From: a virus
IMG/VR virus record: IMGVR_UViG_3300045988_107080
Reading direction: 5' to 3' (one strand)
Length of the DNA stretch: 56,542 nt
A program made the translations under genes and the position numbers. Below are positions 17,160 through 24,300 of the stretch, one piece after another; the stretch's first letter is position 1; the number at the start of each line of letters is the position of its first letter. The notes beneath the pieces are model-generated. The model was given only the letters and a program-made list of their open reading frames with translations, made no database searches and was not told where the DNA came from.

Positions 17160-17885
17160 ATGCTTAAAATTGAAAATACTGAGGTGGTTGGCTGGGAAGC
17201 AGCCATAAGAGGAATGCGCAATCCTATGAATTCGTGGGATAAGAGTGACAGTCGTTTTAGTTTACTTGACGATTGCGGTGACTGTACTCATTGTAATCTT
17301 CGATTCGATGAATGCAACGAACAGCAAATCGGCCCAAATGATCTTGACCTTATGACTCGTCTACGCAATGCTGGCACAGACCATCGTAAATTTATGCGGA
17401 TGATTACGGTGTATCTTGATATCACTGCTCCGCTATATTGGTGGAAGGAGTTCGATACATATAAGGTAGGTACGGTTGCAAACTCTTGCTCGACGATGCA
17501 TAAGATTCATGCGAAGGAGTTTACTTTTGAGGATTTCTCGTGTGAACATTTAGTACTCGCTGGTCGATGTAATCTAAAGAACACTATTGGTCTTTTAAAT
17601 TCCGCACGAGAAATATACTTAGAGTGGGATTCTATGGATGAAGAAAGACGCGGATGTGTTGATCAAAACATTCACGAGAAAAAAGATTTATGGTGGCAGA
17701 TGATTCAGCTTCTTCCTAGCTCTTACAACCAAAAACGTACGGTCATGCTTAATTATGAGGTTCTAGCGAATATTTATAAGTCCCGTCGAAATCATAAGCT
17801 TGACGAGTGGCATACGTTCTGCGATTGGATCGAGAGTCTGCCATATTCGGAGTTGATTATAGGAAAAACGGATGGCGCGAACTAA
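17160..17885 (+). CDS. ThyX-like protein lacking the RHR signature
   Basis: By-eye alignment to Thermotoga ThyX: GTDHRKFMRMITVYLDITAPLYWWKEFDTYKVGTVANSCSTMH versus [41 protein letters not shown]. RHR is replaced by DTY, and SGRY by STMH. Confidence 0.45.
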   Translation: MLKIENTEVVGWEAAIRGMRNPMNSWDKSDSRFSLLDDCGDCTHCNLRFDECNEQQIGPNDLDLMTRLRNAGTDHRKFMRMITVYLDITAPLYWWKEFDTYKVGTVANSCSTMHKIHAKEFTFEDFSCEHLVLAGRCNLKNTIGLLNSAREIYLEWDSMDEERRGCVDQNIHEKKDLWWQMIQLLPSSYNQKRTVMLNYEVLANIYKSRRNHKLDEWHTFCDWIESLPYSELIIGKTDGAN

Positions 17886-17907
17886 ACATGCTCCTTTATG
17901 AAAGGAG
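17874..17907 (+). promoter_or_regulatory. conserved bipartite promoter-like motif, copy F
   Basis: GGCGCGAACT-AAACATGCTCCT-TTATGAAAGGAG. The 5' half overlaps the last codons and stop of the 17160-17885 gene. Confidence 0.5.
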
Positions 17908-17917
17908 TGTGATATTT

Positions 17918-18106
17918 ATGGCAAGAGAATATGTTGTTAAAGCTACTAAGTATGGAAGAGACTGGAAGAAAATCGGAGAAGGTTTGGATTTTCTAGAAGA
18001 TAATAAAAAATATCGACTAGAATTTCATGCTTACGGATTAATGCAGGCTATCCGAGCAAAAATAGCGTTTATACGAAATAAAAGATTTAAATATTACACT
18101 TATTAA
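17918..18106 (+). CDS. hypothetical protein
   Basis: Track ORF 17807 was trimmed to the ATG after motif copy F and its RBS (MAREYVVKATKYG...). Confidence 0.5.
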   Translation: MAREYVVKATKYGRDWKKIGEGLDFLEDNKKYRLEFHAYGLMQAIRAKIAFIRNKRFKYYTY

Positions 18107-18111
18107 GAGTG

Positions 18112-18145
18112 AGGCTCAGTGATAATGCTGGGCCTTTGCTCTTTT
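18112..18145 (+). terminator. intrinsic terminator
   Basis: AGGCTCAG (18112-18119) pairs with CTGGGCCT (18128-18135) with one wobble. T-rich tail and TTTTATATTTT follow. Confidence 0.55.
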
Positions 18146-18168
18146 ATATTTTGAAAGGAGAAAAAGTA

Positions 18169-18444
18169 ATGGCTACACTGAGTAACATCACAGTCAAGAA
18201 AGAACTCCGTTTATGTAAAGTAAACAAAGAACTTGGATATTTCCACTGCTGGGAGCAGTATGCTGATGTAATTGCTCCTGGTTTAGCGGTTGGTTCTCAT
18301 CCTGGAGGTCAATATTCACGGATATTTGGCATTATTGAATTTGATGACCGGATTGAGCGAGTTGACCCATCAAAAGTTCAGTTTGTTGACGAGACTCATA
18401 ATTTTTTACATATTATGACGGACGACATTTCGCACGCGAACTAA
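18169..18444 (+). CDS. hypothetical protein
   Basis: Track ORF 18109 was trimmed because its 5' part lies in the terminator. GAAAGGAGAAAAAGTAATG. Confidence 0.5.
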   Translation: MATLSNITVKKELRLCKVNKELGYFHCWEQYADVIAPGLAVGSHPGGQYSRIFGIIEFDDRIERVDPSKVQFVDETHNFLHIMTDDISHAN

Positions 18445-18467
18445 ACATCTCCTTTAATGAAAGGAGG
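18433..18467 (+). promoter_or_regulatory. conserved bipartite promoter-like motif, copy G
   Basis: CACGCGAACT-AAACATCTCCTT-TAATGAAAGGAGG. The 5' half overlaps the last codons and stop of the 18169-18444 gene. Confidence 0.5.
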
Positions 18468-18477
18468 TGCAATACTT

Positions 18478-18651
18478 ATGTCATTGGAAAAAACTATACT
18501 AAAACTGGCAACTCGTTATCATGCAAACTTAATTGATATTCACAATGCATTGCACGCTTTAGGTTTAAGAAGCGACGAACAAGCAGAGAAATTCAATAAG
18601 AAGCATATGATGAAGCTTGTTGAGATGTATAATAGAAGAGGCTTGATATAG
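18478..18651 (+). CDS. hypothetical protein
   Basis: ATG 8 nt after the AAAGGAGG of motif copy G. The ATG at 18457 is part of the motif itself. Confidence 0.5.
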   Translation: MSLEKTILKLATRYHANLIDIHNALHALGLRSDEQAEKFNKKHMMKLVEMYNRRGLI

Positions 18652-18672
18652 TATTACTAAAAGATGAGATTA

Positions 18673-18710
18673 AAGCCTTAGTTAAAATATACTAGGGCTT
18701 TTCTCTTTTT
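18673..18710 (+). terminator. intrinsic terminator
   Basis: AAGCCTTAG (18673-18681) pairs with CTAGGGCTT (18692-18700) with one U-G, then TTTCTCTTTTT. Confidence 0.65.
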
Positions 18711-18742
18711 CGCGAAAACGGCATTTCCTATTATGAAAGGAG
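18709..18742 (+). promoter_or_regulatory. conserved bipartite promoter-like motif, copy H
   Basis: TTCGCGAAAA-CGGCATTTCCTA-TTATGAAAGGAG, directly after the terminator at 18673-18710. Confidence 0.5.
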
Positions 18743-18751
18743 TGTTTGGTT

Positions 18752-18973
18752 ATGTTTAATTTTTTAAGAAAAAAGGTTAAAAAAGAAGATCCAATATTAA
18801 AAGAGATAGACAGGCAAACTGAAGAATTGAAAGCTATCAGTGATTCTATGCGTAAAAACAACGAATCAATAGAAGCTGATATTAAAGAGGCGGAAAGTTT
18901 ATTACTTAATATGGGATATTCAAAAGAAGATTTGGAGAAATTAAAAACTAAACCAAAACTTAAACTTTTATAA
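18752..18973 (+). CDS. hypothetical coiled-coil protein
   Basis: ATG 9 nt after the AAAGGAG of motif copy H. Confidence 0.5.
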   Translation: MFNFLRKKVKKEDPILKEIDRQTEELKAISDSMRKNNESIEADIKEAESLLLNMGYSKEDLEKLKTKPKLKLL

Positions 18974-18984
18974 AAATAAAGAGG

Positions 18985-19014
18985 GACTCAGAAAAATCTG
19001 AGTCTTTTCTTTTT
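18985..19014 (+). terminator. intrinsic terminator
   Basis: GACTCAGA-AAAA-TCTGAGTC perfect 8-bp stem followed by TTTTCTTTTT. Confidence 0.8.
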
Positions 19015-19044
19015 CGCGAAAAATGCATGCTCCTTTATGAAACA
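19013..19044 (+). promoter_or_regulatory. conserved bipartite promoter-like motif, copy I
   Basis: TTCGCGAAAA-ATGCATGCTCCT-TTATGAAACA, directly after the terminator at 18985-19014. Followed by ~200 nt without a credible ORF. Confidence 0.5.
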
Positions 19045-19240
19045 GAATAAGAAATGATATACAAAACCAGTATATAAGTCTTTTCGGGTAACGGGTGCCC
19101 GAATTAGGTAGTTAAACGAAACAAGAGGCGTGGTCGTCTATGTCGGCATTGCATAAATGTGAATGATAGAGGCAAACTACTGTGTGAAGCGTTGGGCACA
19201 GCTCTGGCTACGGACGAAAACTTATTCTATTTCTTTTATA
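19045..19240 (+). ncRNA. candidate non-coding transcript or structured leader downstream of motif copy I
   Basis: ~200 nt with no RBS-preceded ORF, and locally GC-richer. Hairpin TTCGGG-TAACGGGTG-CCCGAA at about 19084-19104. A degenerate third copy of the GTCGT...ATGT...GCAT...GAAT element lies at about 19133-19165. Confidence 0.25.
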
Positions 19241-19260
19241 TTTGGAAAGGAGAAAGATAC

Positions 19261-19452
19261 ATGAAATTTGTAGTGGATGAACTTCCGTACTATGAAGATT
19301 TTTGCCCATTTTGGGAGACATGTTATGATAATTCAAGCAATGATAAATGCCCTCAACACTGGAGCAAGTATAAAATCTGCTCTGATGACAATCCACATGA
19401 GTGTCATTTTCTTATTGAACTTGAAAGTAAACATTTGAAAGGAGAAACGTAA
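19261..19452 (+). CDS. Cys-rich small protein
   Basis: Track ORF 19159 was trimmed to the ATG after GGAAAGGAGAAAGATAC. Sequence begins MKFVVDELPYYEDFCPFWETCYDNSSNDKCPQHW... Confidence 0.5.
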   Translation: MKFVVDELPYYEDFCPFWETCYDNSSNDKCPQHWSKYKICSDDNPHECHFLIELESKHLKGET

Positions 19453-19743
19453 ATGAAATTCAAAACATATAAATGCAAACGAATTTCTAAAAAGCATTTC
19501 GACGAGATTAAAATTACAAAAGCATTTAAGAAGGCACAGCCGAAGTCCGAAAAGCTCTATGAAAAAGAGATGGAATTTGCCCTACATAAGAAGCTTAGCC
19601 CGATAATTGTTGACGAAAACATGTTCCTTGTGGACGGATATTGTGCTTGGATTATTGCAGACACTACTAAATATCGTGGGCGAAAACTTAAAATTTATAA
19701 AGCAATTGGTTTGGACGTTACTAAAAAGAAAGCAAAAAAGTAA
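19453..19743 (+). CDS. basic hypothetical protein (possible ParB/nuclease-like DGY motif)
   Basis: TAAATG junction. PIIVDENMFLVDGYCAWIIA loosely resembles the ParB N-terminal domain. Confidence 0.3.
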   Translation: MKFKTYKCKRISKKHFDEIKITKAFKKAQPKSEKLYEKEMEFALHKKLSPIIVDENMFLVDGYCAWIIADTTKYRGRKLKIYKAIGLDVTKKKAKK

Positions 19744-19749
19744 TGAAAG

Positions 19750-19786
19750 AAGAGGCTTGGAACAAACCGAGCCTCTTATTTTTATT
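19750..19786 (+). terminator. intrinsic terminator
   Basis: AAGAGGCTTGG-AACAAA-CCGAGCCTCTT followed by ATTTTTATT. Confidence 0.8.
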
Positions 19787-19858
19787 AAAATTGTATGAAA
19801 AAGACCACTTTTTGGCCAAAAACCCGGATATTACCCCTATTTATATTAGCTATGCGAT

Positions 19859-19878
19859 TTTACTAATATATTAGTAAA
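19859..19878. promoter_or_regulatory. perfect 20-bp palindrome, candidate operator
   Basis: TTTACTAATA|TATTAGTAAA read directly. It lies ~80 nt upstream of the XRE-family gene and overlaps TATATT/TAATAT -10-like hexamers. Confidence 0.5.
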
Positions 19879-19959
19879 GTAAGATAGCCGGTTAAAAACC
19901 CATATTTTTCTGGAAAAGTGGGCAGAAACAAAATTATTCAATTAGAGAGGTGCAAATTG

Positions 19960-20346
19960 ATGAATGACACAATATTCGACAGGTTTGAGATGTATTATCC
20001 TTCGATTGCTGCACAAGCAGCGTCGTTTAAGCAAAAAAGCAATTATGTTATTTTTATAACATTGTACGATGGTTCGGTTATTGAGTATAATGATTTGATG
20101 AACAGTTTCCGAACAGTTGTTCCTTATGATGGAAGCGAAGAAAGTTGGAAAAGAGAGTTCGCTCATAGATTAGTCGAACTGATGGTTGATAAGGGATTCG
20201 ATCAATCATATTTGTCCGAGGTATCAGGAGTCTCTCAGCAGAGCATCAGCAATTATATACATAGAAAAACTATGCCTACCGGATTTGTCATCGACAAGCT
20301 TGCAAGAGCATTAGGTTGCGATGTATCTGAGCTTACGGAATTTTAA
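19960..20346 (+). CDS. XRE-family HTH transcriptional regulator with N-terminal extension
   Basis: C-terminal QSYLSEVSGVSQQSISNYIHRKTMPTGFVIDKLARALGCDVSEL. Start taken as the ATG after AGAGAGG. Confidence 0.7.
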   Translation: MNDTIFDRFEMYYPSIAAQAASFKQKSNYVIFITLYDGSVIEYNDLMNSFRTVVPYDGSEESWKREFAHRLVELMVDKGFDQSYLSEVSGVSQQSISNYIHRKTMPTGFVIDKLARALGCDVSELTEF

Positions 20347-20373
20347 ACTACATATTTTTTGGAAGTTTTAAAA

Positions 20374-20405
20374 TTCGCGAAAAAAACATGGACTTTTATG
20401 AGAGG
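20374..20405 (+). promoter_or_regulatory. conserved bipartite promoter-like motif, copy J
   Basis: TTCGCGAAAA-AAACATGGACTT-TTATGAGAGG. Followed by hairpins, then the gene at 20539. Confidence 0.5.
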
Positions 20406-20538
20406 AAGAGAAAAAGTGCTATTTTTAAGCATACTTTTTCTTTTATGTTTTTAACTTGGTCCTAGCCGGTATGAACTTGCAGATTGCGTTAGTAAGAAAG
20501 CTAGGACTATATTTTTACAGAAAGGAGGCCTACTTATT

Positions 20539-20829
20539 ATGCTGGAGAATAAATTTCAGGCCAAATTAATAAAAGAGTTGAAAGAGACATTTCCGGGGTG
20601 CATTGTAATGAAGAATGACTCAAGTTATATTCAGGGTATTCCAGACTTGCTTGTGCTATACAAGGATAAGTGGGCCTCATTAGAATGCAAAAAGAGCGCG
20701 GATGAAAGAAAACGGCCTAACCAAGATCATTATGTTGAAAAGATGAATGAGATGTCATTTTCTAGTTTCATTTATCCAGAAAATAAGGAGGAGGTTTTGG
20801 ATGAACTTCATAAAGCATTCAAATCTTGA
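20539..20829 (+). CDS. VRR-NUC / PD-(D/E)xK nuclease
   Basis: GIPDLLVLYKDKWASLECKK gives the D...E-x-K arrangement. RBS AAAGGAGG. Confidence 0.6.
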   Translation: MLENKFQAKLIKELKETFPGCIVMKNDSSYIQGIPDLLVLYKDKWASLECKKSADERKRPNQDHYVEKMNEMSFSSFIYPENKEEVLDELHKAFKS

Positions 20830-21358
20830 AGGACTTCATGCGCCATTTAGTGCGAGCCAGTCTAGTTGGTTAAGGTATAGTGACGAGAAAGCAATTGAGG
20901 TGTATACAAACAAAAAAGCTGCAGAGATAGGAACAAGATTTCATCAATGGGCTAAAGACACCATAGATTTAGGAATAAAGCAGCCTCGTTCTAAAAAGAC
21001 CATTTATGCATATGTTAACGATGCAATCGGATTTAAGATGAGCACAGAGGTTGTTTTATATTATTCTGATCGATTTTTCGGAACAGCAGATTCTATATGT
21101 TTTAGAAATGGAATGCTTAGAATTCACGATTTAAAAACTGGAAAAACTCCAGTACATATGGAGCAGCTTGAAGTTTATGCTGCTCTTTTTTGTTTGGAAT
21201 ATAAAGTTAAACCTAGCGATATTGATATGGAACTAAGAATCTATCAGAATGATCAAATTCTGTATCATAATCCGACCGCAGAAGATATTGTTCCGATAAT
21301 GGATAAGATTGTCCATCTTAATAATTTGCTAGAAAAAATTGATTATGAGGAGAGTTGA
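20801..21358 (+). CDS. RecB/Cas4-like PD-(D/E)XK exonuclease
   Basis: Start trimmed to the ATG after AAGGAGGAGG. Motifs GTADSICF, IHDLKTGK and EQLEVYAALF. Confidence 0.6.
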   Translation: MNFIKHSNLEGLHAPFSASQSSWLRYSDEKAIEVYTNKKAAEIGTRFHQWAKDTIDLGIKQPRSKKTIYAYVNDAIGFKMSTEVVLYYSDRFFGTADSICFRNGMLRIHDLKTGKTPVHMEQLEVYAALFCLEYKVKPSDIDMELRIYQNDQILYHNPTAEDIVPIMDKIVHLNNLLEKIDYEES

Positions 21359-21360
21359 TC

Positions 21361-24300
21361 ATGAATCCTGTTGCAGAAGAGATTATGTCATATTTTGGTT
21401 GCAGCTTAGACGATGAAGAATCATTAGAGCATATTGGCATGCCTCGTCGTAGCGGACGATATCCTTGGGGCTCAGGCAAGGACCCTTATCAGCGTAATGC
21501 TGATTTTCTCGCTCGTATCGAGTTACTTAAAAAAGAAGGATGGGAAGAAACACCCGAGAATATCAAGAATGAGTTTGGATTGACCACAACTCAGTATCGT
21601 ACTCAAAAAGGACTGGCTAAAGATGAGCGAAGAATGCTCAAAGTATCTACTGCTAAATCTCTGAAAGAAGATGGTCTTGGTCCTACAGAGATCGCTAGAA
21701 AAATGAGCGAAAGATTTGGCGAAAATATAAACGAGTCAACGGTTCGTTCATTGCTTGATAGCAAATCTGAAAGTAGAATGCTAAAAGCAAAAGAAACCGC
21801 AGATTTTATAAAAAAGAACGTTGACGAAAAGGGAATGATTCTTCTTGGTACTGGCGTAGATGTCGAGCTTAATATTTCTAAAGAAAAACTTAATCAGGCT
21901 CTTGCTCTTCTTGAAGTAGAGGGATATCATGTCCTTGGAGGTCGAGTTCCGCAGGCAAGCAACCCTAGTCAGATGACAACTATAAAAGTTATAGCTCCTC
22001 CTGACACGCCATATAAAATCAACTCTAAAGGCCAAAAAGTTTCTAGCGCCGTTTACGACTATAATAATATTCATACACTTAAGGAATATATTTCTCGTGA
22101 CGGAGGAAACACGTTCGAAAAGAAATTCAACTATCCTGAAAGTATGGACTCAAATCGCCTTATGATTAGATATAAGGAAGACGGAGGAATCGATAAAGAT
22201 GGCATTGTTGAACTTCGTCCAGGAGTAGCAGATTTGTCGCTTGGAGAGTCACGATATTCTCAGGTTCGTATAATGGTTGATGGTAACAAATATATAAAAG
22301 GCATGGCTATTTATGGCGATCCAAAAGATTTTCCTGACGGCGTTGATGTTATTTTTAACACCAACAAATCTAAGAGTGTTCCGAAAATGGATGTTCTTAA
22401 AACTATAAAGGACGATCCCGACAATCCTTTTGGTTCGTTGATAAAAGATGCCGAGCAAGGAGGACAATATTGGTACGATCCTAAAACAGGAAAGCGCGTT
22501 AGCGCAACCGATCCTAATGTTAAAGATAAAAAACTTGGTCTTATAAATAAGAGAGCAGATGAAGGAGATTGGACAGAATGGAAAGATAAACTTCCTTCGC
22601 AGTTTTTATCTAAGCAGTCTGTAGAATTGGCTAAAAAGCAGCTAAATTTGGCTGAAGCAGATAAGGTAGCAGAGTTCGATGAGATTTGTTCATTTCCAAA
22701 TCCTACAGTTAAAAAACATTTGCTAACTAAATTTGCAGATGAATGTGACTCTGCAGCCGTTCATCTTCAGGCAGCTGCTTTGCCTGGTCAGAAATACCAT
22801 GTTATTATTCCAGTTAATACGCTTAAGGACAACGAGATTTATGCTCCTGGATACGAAGATGGAACTAAACTAGCTCTTATAAGATATCCTCATGCAGGCA
22901 CATTCGAAATACCTATACTAAAGGTAAACAATAAAAACGAATTGGCAAGAGATATTATAGGAACATCGTCCATTGACGCGGTTGGAATAAATAAGAATAA
23001 TGCTGATCGTTTGTCCGGAGCAGATTTTGATGGTGACACTGTTATGTGCATACCTACACATGATAGAAAAGGTAAAGTCAGAATCACATCAACAGATGAG
23101 CTTAAAGGATTAAAAGGGTTTGATCCCAAAGATGCTTATGGTCCAGATGAAGTGAAAAAAGATTCAAACGGAAAGCTTCATTATTATAGAAACGGTGTAG
23201 AATATCGTACAATGAGTGAAGCTCATAAGCAGCAGCAAATGGGTGTAGCTTCGAATCTTATTACTGATATGACTTTAAAAGGAGCGACACCAAGCGAAAT
23301 AGAAAGAGCTGTTCGTTATAGCATGGTTGTTATCGATGCTGAAAAACACCATCTTGATTATAAGCAATGCGAACTCGATAATAATATATCTGGCCTAAAA
23401 AAAGATTATCAAAACGGCGGTGCATCTACAATCATATCAAGAAGTAAGAGTATAGAGCCTGTTCCTAAAAGACAGGGAAGCCCTCTTATAAATTATAAAG
23501 ATAAAAAATGGTATGATCCTAGTAAACCAGAAGGTGCACTTATTTGGAAAACGGCAGATGATATATATTATCCAATTAAAAAATACGATAAAAAAAATAA
23601 TGAAATAGTTATTTCTACAGAAGATGGTAAAAAGATCAGGTATAAAGCCGATGATAAAGAAGCAGCTTCAAAATATGAGCCTATAAAAAATGTTGAGCCT
23701 GGAACTGGACGCGTATATTTCACTAACAAATACGGCGATATTGTTTATAAAACAAAGATTCGTACACAAGATAGTACAAAAATGGCAGAAACAAATGATG
23801 CCCGTACTCTTATTTCTGATGCAAATAACCCCATGGAAATGCTATATGCCGACTATGCAAATCATATGAAGTCCCTGGCTAACCAAGCTCGTAAGGAGAC
23901 CATGTCTGCCGGAAAAATTGCATATTCTAAGACGGCTAAGGAAGTATATCGTAAAGAAGTTTCAGACTTAAATATTAAACTCAATGAAGCTTTAAAAAAT
24001 GCTCCTCGTGAAAGGATGGCTAATATTAAGACAGCTGCCGAAATCGACAGAAAAATAAAAAATATAATGGACGCTAATCCTGGTATGACACGAAAAGAGG
24101 CTTCTAAGAAACTCGATATTAAGAAAGCAAATCAGAGAGCGCTAACTAAATATCGTTCAGAACTTGGAGCTGTGGCTAGAAGAGATCGTTCTATAAAAAT
24201 AACTGATCGTGAATGGGAAGCTATACAAGCAGGAGCTGTTAGCGAAACAACGTTAAAGAAAATACTTAACAATACCGATATTGATGATATTAAAGAAAGA

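Noticed and set aside
27-20405. Could the dispersed repeats be a CRISPR array or MITE-like elements?
   Set aside because: Spacing ranges from about 150 nt to more than 11 kb. The copies are not identical, all have the same orientation, and they embed ribosome-binding sites upstream of genes. This is not a CRISPR architecture, and there are no terminal inverted repeats or target-site duplications.
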